Origin: Candidatus Latescibacterota bacterium
GTDB taxonomy: Bacteria > Latescibacterota > UBA2968 > UBA8231
Assembly (NCBI GenBank): GCA_965204725.1
Contig: OZ242005.1
Coordinates: 4,384,001 to 4,448,000 of the forward strand
Length of the DNA: 64,000 nucleotides
Reading direction: 5' to 3'
The translations under genes were made by a program, and so were the position numbers. Positions 47,507 through 58,478 of this stretch are shown piece after piece. How positions within the stretch are numbered: position 1 is the first letter of the stretch; each line of letters starts with the position of its first letter. The notes under the pieces are model-generated. The model did no database searches, had not been told where the DNA came from, and worked only from the letters and a program-made list of their open reading frames with translations.

Positions 47507-50181
47507 ATGACTACACATAACGACGAATTCGGTGCGCGCACCCGGCTAGAATGCAGCGGCGGTAGCGGCGTCCTGTACCGCATTCAAACGCTAGAAGAAG
47601 AGGGCATAGCCGAGGTGAGCCGGCTGCCCTATTCGATCAAAATTCTGCTAGAGGCCGCGCTCCGGCAGTGCGACGGGTTTGAGATTACCCGCGAGGATGT
47701 CGAGCGCATTGCACGCTGGAGTCCTGAGATGGCGGGCAAGGAAGAGATTCCCTTCAAGCCAGCGCGCGTGGTGATGCAGGATTTTACCGGCGTCCCCGCC
47801 GTGGTTGACTTGGCCGCGATGCGCGACGCGGTGGCCGATTTGGGCGACGACCCGGAGAAGGTCAATCCCCTGATTCCGGTTGACTTGGTCATCGATCATT
47901 CGGTCCAAGTCGATTACTACGGCATGCGCGAGGCACTGGCCATGAACGCCGCCCGCGAGTTCGAGCGCAACCGCGAGCGCTACGAGTTTTTGCGCTGGGG
48001 CCAGAAGTCCTTTGACAATTTTCGCGTGGTGCCGCCGGCCACCGGCATCGTGCATCAGGTCAATCTAGAATATCTGGCGCAGGTGGTGCAGGAGCAGGAC
48101 GGCGCGTTCTACCCCGACAGCCTAGTGGGTACGGACAGCCACACGACGATGATCAACGGCCTCGGCGTCCTCGGCTGGGGAGTGGGCGGCATTGAGGCCG
48201 AAGCCGTGATGTTGGGGCAGCCGATCTACATGCTTTTGCCCCAAGTGGTCGGCGTCAAGCTAACGGGCGCGTTGCCCACTGGAACGACGGCTACGGACTT
48301 GGTGCTGACGGTGGTGCAGATGCTCCGGGCGCATGGCGTGGTTGGCAAATTCGTCGAATTTTACGGCCCGGGCTTGAGCGAACTGAGCTTGGCCGACCGG
48401 GCGACCCTCGCCAATATGGCCCCGGAATACGGGGCGACGACGGGCATTTTCCCGGTTGACGAGGAGACGCTGGCCTACTTGGTGCTCACCGGGCGCAAAA
48501 AAGCGGTGGTCGAGCGAGTCCGCGCCTACATGGAAGCGCAGGGTATGCTCTACCGCGCCGAGGGGCCGGACCCCGTCTTCAGCGAGTACTTGGCATTGGA
48601 TATGGGGACCGTTGAGCCGAGCTTGGCCGGCCGACGCGGCCGCAGGATCGGGTCCCGCTCAAGGACGTGCCAACGGCCTTCGCCGCCTCGCTGACAGACC
48701 GCTTTGAAGTGGCAGACCGCGGCAAAAAGGTCGCCGTCAATTTGGGCGAGCAGGGGGCGGTTGAGCTGGCCCACGGCGCAGTGCTCATCGCCGCCATTAC
48801 CTCCTGCACGAATACCAGCAACCCGAGCGCGATGGTGGGGGCGGGGCTGTTGGCGCGCAATGCAGCCGAGCGGGGCCTCTCCGTACCGGCTTACGTCAAG
48901 ACCAGCTTGGCACCGGGCAGCCGGGTCGTTTCCCGCTACCTCGACGCGGCTGGCCTCACCGACAGCCTAGAGGCCCTCGGCTTCCACACGGTCGGCTACG
49001 GTTGCACGACCTGCATCGGCAACTCAGGGCCTCTGCCGGAAGAAATCGCCGCGGCCGTGGCCGACAACGACTTGGTGGTGTGTAGCGTACTCAGCGGCAA
49101 CCGCAATTTCGAGGGCCGGGTCCACGCGACGACGAAGGCCAATTTCCTCGCCTCGCCGCCTTTAGTCGTGGCCTACGCGCTCGCGGGCCGGGCGACGATC
49201 TCCTTTGAGCGCGAGCCGCTGGGCCGCGACCAAGCCGGCCGCGAGGTATTCCTGCGCGATATATGGCCCTCGCCGGACCAGATCCGCGACGCACTGGCCC
49301 ACTCGCTGACGCCCAAGATGTTCGAGGAAGAATACGGCAATGCGTTCCGTCAAAACGAAACTTGGAACGCCATTCCCGTGCCCGAGGGCAAGCGCTACGC
49401 TTGGGCCGAGGAGAGCACGTACATTCGCAAGCCGAACTTCTTCGACGGCCTCACCAAAGAGGCCCAGCCGATCCAGCCGATTCGAGGCGCACGAGTCTTA
49501 GCCCAGCTCGGCGACAGCGTGACGACCGACCACATCTCGCCGGCCGGTGCGATTGCCGTAGGCAGTCCCGGGGCCGAGTATCTCGCCAGCCGCGGCGTTG
49601 AGCGCAAGGATTGGAACAGCTATGGCTCCAGACGCGGCAACCACGAGGTGATGATGCGGGGCACGTTTGCCAATATCCGCATCCGCAATGAGCTGGTGCC
49701 CGGCGTTGAGGGGGGTTATACGCGCCATCTGCCTTCGGGCGAGCAGATGACCATTTACGAGGCGGCGATGCGCTACGGAGCGGAAGGCGTCCCGTCGATC
49801 GTTATCGCGGGCAAGGAGTACGGAGCGGGTTCGAGCCGCGACTGGGCGGCCAAAGGCCCCTTCCTGCAAGGCGTCAAGGCCGCCATCGCCGAGAGCTACG
49901 AGCGCATCCACCGCTCAAACCTGATTGGGATGGGCATTCTGCCGCTGCAATTTTCCCCCGGTGAAGACCGCCACGCGCTGGGGCTGACCGGCGAGGAAGT
50001 GTACGACGTCGAGGGCCTCGACGACGACTTACAGCCGGGGCAGGTGTTGGAGGTGGTCGCCCAGAGCACGGCAGGCGAGAAGTGCTTTGCGGTGATATGC
50101 CGGATAGACACTCCCGTGGAGATCAACTACTACCGCAACGGGGGGATCCTGCACACAGTACTCAGGCGGATGGCCGAGTAG
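47507..50181 (+). pseudogene. acnA: Aconitate hydratase A, split by an apparent 1-bp deletion near 48631 (pseudogene or sequence error)
   Basis: [31 protein letters not shown] in the first ORF; AITSCTNTSNP, GYGCTTCIGNSG, TTDHISPAG, GSSRDWAAKG in the second. One extra C restores [14 protein letters not shown]. Confidence 0.9.
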
Positions 50182-50189
50182 GAGATGCC

Positions 50190-51434
50190 ATGAGTTCGTT
50201 TGCTGTTAAAGACGTCATGCGTACCGTGCTACACGTGCCGTTCCACGAGCGGTGCGCCGACGCCATGGAAATCTACGGGCCGGGCTGGGCCATCGTCGAG
50301 TTGATCGAGGTGGAAACCGAAGGCGGCGTTGTCGGCATCGGCGAGACGATTCAGGGCTATACGTGGGGTCGCTCGCACGAATCGGAGTTTGCCCGCGTGC
50401 GCGGCCGCAATGTTTTCGAGGTGTTGTGGGACGATTCGCTAGGGGCTGGCTTGCAGATGGCACTTTTCGACGCGGCCGGCAAGCACTTAGGCGTCCCCTG
50501 CCATCGGCTGATGGGGCCGCAGCACCGCGACGCCTGCCCGGTTTCTTGGTGGGCGCAAAGTATGCCGCCCGCAGCGTGGGCGGCCGAGGCGCGGGCGGCC
50601 GAGGCGCATGGCTTTACCACCATGAAGGTCAAGGCGCGGCCTTGGTACGATATTGCGGCGCAGTTGCGGGCCGTGGATGAGGCCACTTCTCCGCACTTTA
50701 AGCTGGACGCCGACTTCAACACCATGTTGCTGGGGGTTGACCAAGCCGCCCCGCTCATTGCGCGCTTAGAGCGGGACCACGCCTGTCTCGCCATCGTCGA
50801 ATCGCCAATCCCGCAGGACGACGTGGAAGGCAACAAACTCCTGCGGCGCAAGATCCAATGTCCAATCGCCATGCACATAGGCCAGCCGCCGGCCATGACG
50901 GCGATTCGCGAGGGCGTGTGCGATGGGTTTGTCATCGGCGGCGGGGTCCGCCGCGTCTTGAGCGACGGCAATTTGGCCGCACGGGCGTCCATGCCATTCT
51001 GGTTGCAGATGGTGGGCACTGGCCTGACAGCGACCTTTGCAGCGCACTTGGGGGCGGTGCTAACGGAAGCGCGCTGGCCGGCGATTCCTTGCGTCAACAT
51101 CTATTCGCACGTTTTGGTGCAGGAGTTCGCAGTGGAGGGCGGGCATTTGCGGGTGCCGGAGGCTCCGGGCTTGGGGGTCGAGTTGGACCGGGAGGCTGTG
51201 GAGAGGCTGCGCGTTGAGCCGGACTTCGCCAAAGCGCCGGTGCGCCAAATACACGCCGTGCGCTGGCCCGACGGCCGGGTTCTCTGGGCCGCCGATGGCC
51301 GTTACCGCGGCGATTTCACCGCTGGCAAGCAAACCGGGTTTTTACCGGGGATGCAGCTAGCGGTGCGGCTCGACGATGGCAGCGAAGAATTTGATCGAGA
51401 GTACCGGGAGCGGTTCCCGGAGCGAGTCCGATAG
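50190..51434 (+). CDS. Mandelate racemase/muconate lactonizing enzyme family (enolase superfamily)
   Basis: GIGE, ALFDAAGKHLGVP, MKVK, LDADFN, VESP, VPEAPGLGVELD; AGGAG RBS. Confidence 0.85.
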   Translation: MSSFAVKDVMRTVLHVPFHERCADAMEIYGPGWAIVELIEVETEGGVVGIGETIQGYTWGRSHESEFARVRGRNVFEVLWDDSLGAGLQMALFDAAGKHLGVPCHRLMGPQHRDACPVSWWAQSMPPAAWAAEARAAEAHGFTTMKVKARPWYDIAAQLRAVDEATSPHFKLDADFNTMLLGVDQAAPLIARLERDHACLAIVESPIPQDDVEGNKLLRRKIQCPIAMHIGQPPAMTAIREGVCDGFVIGGGVRRVLSDGNLAARASMPFWLQMVGTGLTATFAAHLGAVLTEARWPAIPCVNIYSHVLVQEFAVEGGHLRVPEAPGLGVELDREAVERLRVEPDFAKAPVRQIHAVRWPDGRVLWAADGRYRGDFTAGKQTGFLPGMQLAVRLDDGSEEFDREYRERFPERVR

Positions 51435-51473
51435 AAACCAGCACAGCGACATGGCCGACTGTCTTTTTGGTGC

Positions 51474-52433
51474 TCACCCATTGGTGAAAATAACCCCCGA
51501 GTGCATCAGCGTCCTGAGCGTTATGGCGCAGCCGACGACGATGATGACGACTGCGCTCGCAATGGGCAGCCGCTGAATCCAGCGTCCGTCGCCTGAGAAG
51601 CGATCTACGAGCGGTCGCGCCTTGACGATGAGGATGCCGATGGCGATGAGGATGGCGGCCAGCCCGACGCTGAAAGCCACCAAAAGCACCAAACCAAAGG
51701 CAATGCGATGCAAGGCCACGGCCAGCAACAGGATCACCAAAGCCCCCGGACAAGGCACGATACCACCGGAGATTCCCAGCGTTAGCAGACTGCCGAGGGT
51801 CACTTTGTTGGGTATCTCGTGGCTGTGGCCGCGTTCCCCATGAGAGTGACCGTGATGATCGTGGTGGTGTTCTTCGTGGGAATGGTCGTGTTCGTGGCTG
51901 TGTCCGTGATCGTGATGATGCTTTTCGTGAGAGTGGCTGTGACCGGGCCCCCGTCCTCTGAGGTGACCGACCAAAAGCCATGTCCCCAGACCTATGATTA
52001 GGAGACCGGACGCCGTACCGAGGTAGGGAAAAATTTGTTCGGGAAGGATGTACTGAGAGGCAAAGAGCGCCACCAAGCCCAACAGAATGACGCTCATGGT
52101 ATGCGTGAACGTAACCACCCCCCCGAGGAAAAGGGCATTGCCTATCGTGCCGCGTGCGCCGACGAGGTAAGCGGCGACGATGGTCTTGCCGTGCCCCGGC
52201 TCTAACCCGTGGGCTGCGCCGAGAAAAAAGGACAGTGCCAACGCCCCCACGATCAGGCCGAGGGTCAGCTCTTCTGAGCGCAGCATATCGCTGAGGGCAT
52301 CCGTTTCTCCGGCGGCAGCATCGGCCGTCCCGACGGTGCGGACTGCTTCGCCGAACTCGTCCCCCCAAGCCGGGATGGCTAGCGCGATTAGGGCTAGTAG
52401 GAATATTCGCGGTATCGCTCGTTTTGCGGACAT
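51474..52433 (-). CDS. Nickel/cobalt transporter (RcnA/NicO-like) with His-rich loop
   Basis: AHGLEPGHGKT, TFTHT, poly-His loop, LGISGGIVPCPGALVILL. Confidence 0.9.
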   Translation of the reverse strand: MSAKRAIPRIFLLALIALAIPAWGDEFGEAVRTVGTADAAAGETDALSDMLRSEELTLGLIVGALALSFFLGAAHGLEPGHGKTIVAAYLVGARGTIGNALFLGGVVTFTHTMSVILLGLVALFASQYILPEQIFPYLGTASGLLIIGLGTWLLVGHLRGRGPGHSHSHEKHHHDHGHSHEHDHSHEEHHHDHHGHSHGERGHSHEIPNKVTLGSLLTLGISGGIVPCPGALVILLLAVALHRIAFGLVLLVAFSVGLAAILIAIGILIVKARPLVDRFSGDGRWIQRLPIASAVVIIVVGCAITLRTLMHSGVIFTNG

Positions 52434-52520
52434 GGTTTGCCTCCACCAGACATTAAGTCCTGAACCAATTCTCTGATTTTCTTGAAGATGCCCCGACGGG
52501 CAATTTCGGCCCAAGGTCGC

Positions 52521-53294
52521 TCACCCCTTCGGCACCACTAGAGCGCGGTCGCCGTAGGGGATTGAATCCATTTCAGTGTCGTAGATTCGCTCCAGAAAGT
52601 CGCGGTCCCACGGCCGCTCGGCCGCCGGTAGCCGCTCCACCGCTCCATCTTTGAGAAAAATGAAGTGATCCCCATACAGAAAGGCACTGTTGGGGTCGTG
52701 CAGAACGGCGAGGACCGTGAGGTCGGCATCGACCAATTCGCGGATTAGGCGCAACAGGTGCGCTTGGTTGAGGAAGTCGAGATGCGAACTCGGCTCGTCG
52801 AGGAGGATGAGCCGGGGCTGCTGAGCCAAAACCCGAGCGATGCGGACGAGCTGTTGCTCCCCCCCCGATAGCTCGGTATAAGAGCGTTCCTTTAGATGGA
52901 TAATGCCGACCCGCTCCAGCGCGGCGATGCAGATTTCGACGTCCTCCTGCTTGGGGACATAAGTGACGTAGCTGGCGCGGCCAGTCAGGACCACGTCTTG
53001 GACGGAAAAGGGGAAAGTGGGTCGGTGGTGCTGGGGTAGGTAGCCGAGGACGCGGGCCCGCCGCCGGGACGAGAAGGAGCGGAGTTCCTCCTCATAGATA
53101 CGCACTTGGCCGCGCTCAAAGTCGAGGAGGCCGCCGAGAATGCGCATGAGCGTCGATTTGCCGCTGCCGTTTTTGCCGAGCAGGACTGTGAACTGCCCGG
53201 TCGGGATTTCCAGCGAGACCTCGTTGAGGATCGGCCTTCCTTCGTAGGCAAAGAAGAGCTTCTCGACTCGAATCGCAGGTGCTAGGTCTCCCAT
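52521..53294 (-). CDS. Metal-chelate ABC transporter ATPase (FecE/BtuD-like)
   Basis: GKNGSGKST, LSGGEQQ, LLDEPSSHLD, LHDPN. Confidence 0.92.
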   Translation of the reverse strand: MGDLAPAIRVEKLFFAYEGRPILNEVSLEIPTGQFTVLLGKNGSGKSTLMRILGGLLDFERGQVRIYEEELRSFSSRRRARVLGYLPQHHRPTFPFSVQDVVLTGRASYVTYVPKQEDVEICIAALERVGIIHLKERSYTELSGGEQQLVRIARVLAQQPRLILLDEPSSHLDFLNQAHLLRLIRELVDADLTVLAVLHDPNSAFLYGDHFIFLKDGAVERLPAAERPWDRDFLERIYDTEMDSIPYGDRALVVPKG

Positions 53295-54289
53295 CCGATC
53301 CGCGCCTTTTTGAGGAGGAAGATGAAGAACGGCCCGCCGAGCAAGGTGGTGAACACCCCGACCGGGATTTCAAAGGAGGCCAACGTGCGCGAGCAGGTAT
53401 CGACCAGCAACAGGAAAGCTCCGCCGAAGGCAAAGGAGGCCGGCAGGGTGTGGCGGTTGTCCGGCCCCAGCAACATGCGCACCATGTGCGGCACGGCGAG
53501 GCCAATCATGCTGATGACGCCGGCCACGGCAATCGCCGCGGAGGCCGCGAGGGTCGCTGGAATGAGCACCAGCACCCGCTCCCGCTCTGGGTTGAGGCCG
53601 ACCGCGCGGGCCTCTTCGTCGCCTTGGGCGAGCACGTTCATGCGCCAGCGAAAGAGAAAGAGCCAGACCACGCCGATGCCCACCCCCGGGGCGGCCGAGC
53701 GCAGCTTGGCCCAACTCGAATTGTGCAGGTTGCCCATGGTCCAGTGGACGATGGTTTGCAGCTTGTAGGGGTCGGTGAGGAACTGGACGATGGTTAGCAG
53801 GGCGGTGAAGATCCCGGTGACGATCACCCCCGAGAGGATGAGGGAGACGACCGACACGGTCTTGCGGGTGCGGGCTAAGAAGTAAGCCAAGCCCACGGCG
53901 ATCAGGCCAAAGCCGAAGGCCGTCGGCTGAACTGGCAGGAACGGCAGCACCAGCGCTAGGGCCGCGCCAAAGGCCGCGCCGGAGGAAAGCCCGAGGATGT
54001 AGGGGGCCACGAGGGGATTGCGAAACAGCGCCTGCAAGGCGTTGCCGGCCGCGGCCAAGGCCCCCCCCACCAGAAAGGTGAGGAGGATGCGCGGCAGGCG
54101 CACCTCCCATACGATTGTGCCAACCAGTGCGTCTTCGCTGCTGGGGGCCGCTTCGCGGAAAAGCAGGCCGTAGAGCCAGACGAGAATTTTCCCCGCCTCA
54201 GCACTGGCAGAAGGGCCGAGCAGCAAGGAGCCGAAGAGCACCGGCAGCGGCAGGGCGTAAATGAGGCGGCGGCGGAACGCGCTGTTCAC
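53282..54289 (-). CDS. FecCD/BtuC-family permease
   Basis: EVRLPRI, QALFRNPLVAPYILGLSSGA, GDEEARAVG, EIPVGVFT; GTG 54289 overlaps the upstream stop. Confidence 0.92.
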   Translation of the reverse strand: MNSAFRRRLIYALPLPVLFGSLLLGPSASAEAGKILVWLYGLLFREAAPSSEDALVGTIVWEVRLPRILLTFLVGGALAAAGNALQALFRNPLVAPYILGLSSGAAFGAALALVLPFLPVQPTAFGFGLIAVGLAYFLARTRKTVSVVSLILSGVIVTGIFTALLTIVQFLTDPYKLQTIVHWTMGNLHNSSWAKLRSAAPGVGIGVVWLFLFRWRMNVLAQGDEEARAVGLNPERERVLVLIPATLAASAAIAVAGVISMIGLAVPHMVRMLLGPDNRHTLPASFAFGGAFLLLVDTCSRTLASFEIPVGVFTTLLGGPFFIFLLKKARIGWET

Positions 54290-55350
54290 GGGCCGGTTCC
54301 CTTCCCCAATGAGAGGGGCGGTAGCTCTCCGAGCCGCCCCCCGTATAGCTTGTTCAGCAGGCTGGCCCGCAGCTTTTCCAAATCCGTTGCGGAGAAGCTG
54401 CTTGGATAGCACCAGCGGGCGACGAGATCGACGGTGAAGATGTATTTGAGGGTCCAGAAGTCGCACGAGAAGGGATCGGGCAGCTCGTGGACCTGCCCGT
54501 TGCGCACTGCCGAGAGCGAGCTCCAGCCGGATAGCTCGCCGATGTCCTCAGCGTCGAGCCGGTCGTTGCACCACATGACGATCCGCTCTGGGTTCCAGAC
54601 GAGGACGTTTTCGAGGTTGACGACGAGGTGCTCTAGCTCGCTGTCGTCCGCCACGTTGATTCCCCCGGCCAGATCGATGAGCTCCTGCACGGTGCTGTTG
54701 CGGCCGCCCGTCTCCAGCGGCCCTTGATCCCACATGAAGTACACGCGCGGCTTGGTGCCGCCTAGGGCCGTCTTGCGCTGCACCGCGGTCAGTTCCTCCT
54801 CGGCAATGGCGAGGAGCTCGGCCGCCCGTTCCTCCGTGCCGGTTAGCTCGCCGAGGGCGGTGATCTCGCGGTGAATATCCGCAAAGCGCTCGATAAAGAC
54901 GCCAAAGACCGGGATGCCTTTCTCTTCGAGGGCGGCGATGGATTCCTCTTGACCGGCCCAGAGGACGACCAAGTCGGGCCGCAGCGCGACCATGCTCTCG
55001 ATGTTGACAAAGTCCCAGTTGCCCGGCGTCGGCAGGGTGCGCTCGCGGATGCGTTGGTCCATAGCCGCGTAGTACGGGAAGACGCTCTCTTGGTAGATGT
55101 TGCTCGAAATGCCGACGACACGCGCTTCGGCCCCGAGCATGTACAGGCCGCTGAGCGCGCTTTCGAGCAGGCAGACGATGCGCTCGGCCGGTTGGTCCAA
55201 CTCGATGCGGCGGCCCCGGAAGTCGGTGACCGCGACGCCCTCCCCGGCCGCCGGCTCGCTGACGAGCAGGAGGCCGAAGAGAAGCAGCAAGAGCGGACGC
55301 TGGTATTCCGCGACCGCTCCGGTGCGAGGGACGGCTGCTTCAGCGGGCAT
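54286..55350 (-). CDS. Periplasmic metal-chelate binding protein (BtuF/FhuD-like)
   Basis: VTDFRGRRIELDQPAERIVCL, NIESMVALRPDLV, LSAVRNGQV. Confidence 0.88.
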   Translation of the reverse strand: MPAEAAVPRTGAVAEYQRPLLLLLFGLLLVSEPAAGEGVAVTDFRGRRIELDQPAERIVCLLESALSGLYMLGAEARVVGISSNIYQESVFPYYAAMDQRIRERTLPTPGNWDFVNIESMVALRPDLVVLWAGQEESIAALEEKGIPVFGVFIERFADIHREITALGELTGTEERAAELLAIAEEELTAVQRKTALGGTKPRVYFMWDQGPLETGGRNSTVQELIDLAGGINVADDSELEHLVVNLENVLVWNPERIVMWCNDRLDAEDIGELSGWSSLSAVRNGQVHELPDPFSCDFWTLKYIFTVDLVARWCYPSSFSATDLEKLRASLLNKLYGGRLGELPPLSLGKGTGP

Positions 55351-55353
55351 TGG

Positions 55354-57408
55354 CTAGAAGGAGACCATTAGGCCGCCGTTAGCCGAGAAGCCGGGATCCT
55401 GAAACTGCCACGGCATCTCAAAGGTTTGGTTGGTGATGTTGTACGGCTCGAGAAAGAGGTGCAAGTCGTACCCACTCTTGGAGCGGATGCGCTGCTCTAG
55501 GCGGGCGTTTACCAGCGTGTACCCGTCGAAGATCTGGGCGTCCTTGCTGACGTCTGAGTAGATGCCGCTGTAGGACTGCACCGAGACCGTCGCCCGCAAA
55601 CCTTGCGTAAGGGTCAGATGAACCCCGGCGCTGATCGCGCTTTCCGGGACGAAGTTGATCTTGGCGCCGACCTTGCTCGGATCTTCCGAATTTTCCACCA
55701 CTTCGGCGTTGGTGTAGGTGTAGTTGGCGAACCACTCCACCGTTTCGCTGAGGCGATGGGTGACCTCCAGTTCCGCGCCGGAGGTCTCGGTGAGGCCGGC
55801 GTTGATGTCCTGCGACTGGGGTTTGTCTGGAACCTCCCGCTGGACAATCTGGTCGTCGATTCGGATAGCGAATCCACGGACGCCGACCCGCAGCCCTTCT
55901 ACCGGCTGGAAGTTCACTCCAAGATCCAAACTGACCCCCGACTCCGGCTTGATGTCTGGATTTGGGAGGTGGCCGCTGTCATCGCTGCCCAAGGGGACGG
56001 TGCCGCCCACCGACTTGAGGGAGGGTGCCTTGAAGCTGGTGCCCGAGTTTAAGTAGATGGCGAGCATTTCGTTGTGGTTGTAGCGCACCCCGAAGCTGGT
56101 CAGGAACTTGTTCCAAGAGTTGCTGTCGTCTCCCGGAGCCGCGCCTTGGAACAGGTCGATGTCGTGGGCGATGCCGCTGTAGCGCACCCCGCCGCGAATG
56201 ATGAAGCGGCTCAAATGCACCTCTTCTTGGGCATAGAGGCCGAAAGCGGTGGCCGTGGCGTCGTTGCCTGTCTTGGCCACATCGGCCTCGGACGAGGTCT
56301 CATACGAGGCATGCTGATAGTCGGCCCCCACGGTCAGCACATCCGTCTCTCGGGTCAAGAGGGAGACGGATATATCGGCCGGCACGACCGTCTGATCGAC
56401 CCCATCCTCCGAGCGCAGAGACAGGCTCTCGGGAATGACCATTCCATTGTCGTCGCGCGCAAAGTTGTCCTCCTCCCAGCGGCGCACGTAGTCGCGGTAG
56501 CCGACTTTTGCCCGGACCGTCATGTTGTCGGAGAGCGGGTTCGTGTACCCGGCGTTCAGGGTGGTGTAGGCGTGGCCGAAGTCTCGGTTTGGGCGACCGG
56601 CGTCGCCGGTGTGCCAAGTGCGGTGGGCGTAGAGGGAGGCCCGTTGGCCGCTGTCGTTGAGGAAATAGGTCCCCCGCATGTACATCTTGGTCTTTTCGTA
56701 GTTCGGGGAATCGTCCTCGAGCATGTTTAGCCAAGAGTTTCTGTTGCCGCTCTCGTCGAAGGTTCCGTAGTACGTGTAGTCCGAATCCTCGTGGTGACCG
56801 CCGAAGAAGAGGTGGAGATTGCCGGCTGCGCGTTGGTGGAAAAAGCGGCCGCCGATGGTGTTGTAGGAGCCGTAGTAAGCCGAGGCGTTGGTGCGGGTGC
56901 TGCTGACGCGCTCCTTGAGGATGAAGTTGGCCGTTCCGGCCAGCGGCGATTGATTGCCGGCGAAGTCCATGGCCAAGTAGGTCGGGTAGAGCACCGAGGC
57001 CGACCCGCGCTGGTCTTCGACCCGCTGGAAGGCCCACGGATCGAGGCTCTGGAGATCGACGAACGCGTCAATGGGCAGGCCGTCGAGCATGTAGCCTTTG
57101 TAGGTGTGGGCCAAGCCGCCGGAGGAGCCCCAGTTGGCGTCGTTGCGGGACAGCACATTGGCGAAGTTGCCTGGGATGTACGAGAGCATCTCGGCGAGAT
57201 TGCCGTTGCCGAGGACCAGCGATCCCATCTCGTCGGCGGTGATGATGGAGATCTTCTGGGTCACATTCCCCGGCGTCTGCGGCAGCTTGGAGCCGGTGAT
57301 GATCATTTCTCCCATTTCATACACATCGTCGTCATTGGCTTCGTCATCGGCCAGCACGGGGGCGCCGAGGAGAAAAATGGGCAATGCACTGAGAAGTAGG
57401 CGCTTCAT
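55354..57408 (-). CDS. TonB-dependent receptor
   Basis: Signal peptide, EMIITGSK TonB-box region, plug GSASVLY, NPDIKPESG, terminal Phe; AAGGAG RBS before ATG 57408. Confidence 0.9.
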   Translation of the reverse strand: MKRLLLSALPIFLLGAPVLADDEANDDDVYEMGEMIITGSKLPQTPGNVTQKISIITADEMGSLVLGNGNLAEMLSYIPGNFANVLSRNDANWGSSGGLAHTYKGYMLDGLPIDAFVDLQSLDPWAFQRVEDQRGSASVLYPTYLAMDFAGNQSPLAGTANFILKERVSSTRTNASAYYGSYNTIGGRFFHQRAAGNLHLFFGGHHEDSDYTYYGTFDESGNRNSWLNMLEDDSPNYEKTKMYMRGTYFLNDSGQRASLYAHRTWHTGDAGRPNRDFGHAYTTLNAGYTNPLSDNMTVRAKVGYRDYVRRWEEDNFARDDNGMVIPESLSLRSEDGVDQTVVPADISVSLLTRETDVLTVGADYQHASYETSSEADVAKTGNDATATAFGLYAQEEVHLSRFIIRGGVRYSGIAHDIDLFQGAAPGDDSNSWNKFLTSFGVRYNHNEMLAIYLNSGTSFKAPSLKSVGGTVPLGSDDSGHLPNPDIKPESGVSLDLGVNFQPVEGLRVGVRGFAIRIDDQIVQREVPDKPQSQDINAGLTETSGAELEVTHRLSETVEWFANYTYTNAEVVENSEDPSKVGAKINFVPESAISAGVHLTLTQGLRATVSVQSYSGIYSDVSKDAQIFDGYTLVNARLEQRIRSKSGYDLHLFLEPYNITNQTFEMPWQFQDPGFSANGGLMVSF

Positions 57409-57486
57409 AAGAGCGACTCCTTTGGAGAGGTGAGTGTGAGGTAACGCTAGCAGCATTAAACGAGGAAAAGCGAGCGGACGCAAGCC

Positions 57487-58332
57487 TTAAAGCCCCAAGA
57501 TGCCGAGGCTATCGCGGTGGATTAGGGCGTGGATCTCGCGCTCGTTCAAGCGCGGCAAGGCCGTGCCGTCGAGCATTTTGTTCAATCCGTACAGGCCGTC
57601 TATGGAGGCATCGATGGTCGTAAAGGGATAGTCGCTGCCAAACAGCAACTTGTGCCAGACTCCGTATTCCTGCACCAGCATCAGACTGTGGTAGAGCTGG
57701 AAAGGCCGATAGTGGAGTGCGCTGACGTCGGCGTACACGTTGGGGTGTTTGCGAATGACGGCCACGCACTCGCCCTCGTAGGGATGCGCTAGGTGGGCCA
57801 TGATGATTTTGACCTCTGGGAAGCGGATGGCCACCGGGTCGAGATGGCGCGGCAAGGTGCAGTCGAGCGGGGCTTGGGCAACAAAGGTCGTGCCGGTGTG
57901 CAACAGCACGGGCAGGCCGTGCTCGGCGGCATAGCGCCACAGCGGGTCGAGGCTTTGGTCGTGCGGATAGAAACCAGCGTACATGGAGAGCAGCTTGATG
58001 CCTTTAAGGCCGAGTTCTTGGTGCCCGTAGGCCATTTCTTGCTCCCAACCGTCTTGGGTGGGGTCGAGCGAGAGGAAGCCGATCAGCGCGTCTGGGTGCG
58101 CGGCGACGTAATCGGCGACATAGCGGTCATCTACCCAGAGGCCGGCGCGGCGAGCCTTGCCGCCGAAGACGATGGTTTTGTCGCAGTGTTGTGCGCCCGC
58201 GCGATAGGCTTCGTACCTGATGGTTAGGTCGAGGGCCTCGTCGGCTTTGGCCACTTGGGCGGCTTGCTGGCGGAATTGGTCGGTGAAATGCTCGGGGTAT
58301 TGCCAAGCGTGGCTGTGGACGTCGGTTATCAT
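57487..58332 (-). CDS. Amidohydrolase_2-family metallohydrolase
   Basis: [37 protein letters not shown]. Confidence 0.88.
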   Translation of the reverse strand: MITDVHSHAWQYPEHFTDQFRQQAAQVAKADEALDLTIRYEAYRAGAQHCDKTIVFGGKARRAGLWVDDRYVADYVAAHPDALIGFLSLDPTQDGWEQEMAYGHQELGLKGIKLLSMYAGFYPHDQSLDPLWRYAAEHGLPVLLHTGTTFVAQAPLDCTLPRHLDPVAIRFPEVKIIMAHLAHPYEGECVAVIRKHPNVYADVSALHYRPFQLYHSLMLVQEYGVWHKLLFGSDYPFTTIDASIDGLYGLNKMLDGTALPRLNEREIHALIHRDSLGILGL

Positions 58333-58478
58333 GTTGTAGGCTAAGGAATTGCTTGTCTGTTTGCGGCTATGTTATTATTTTTGTTTTTCGCGTAAATAAT
58401 GTAGGAAAAAGGAAGAACAATCCCGGAATAGCCGTCAAGATAATTGCTTGGCGGCGAATAAACAAACGGAGAAACCTA

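Noticed and set aside
48620-48700. Programmed ribosomal frameshift in acnA
   Set aside because: No slippery heptamer visible; a single missing C explains the split.
54061-54068. C8 run in the permease (and C7 runs near 52118 and 52860) as phase-variation tracts
   Set aside because: Short runs covering Gly codons in a GC-rich genome; frames are intact.
57409-57486. Riboswitch or metal-regulator box upstream of the TonB receptor
   Set aside because: Too short for a cobalamin riboswitch; only a weak inverted repeat (GTAACGC...GCATTAA).
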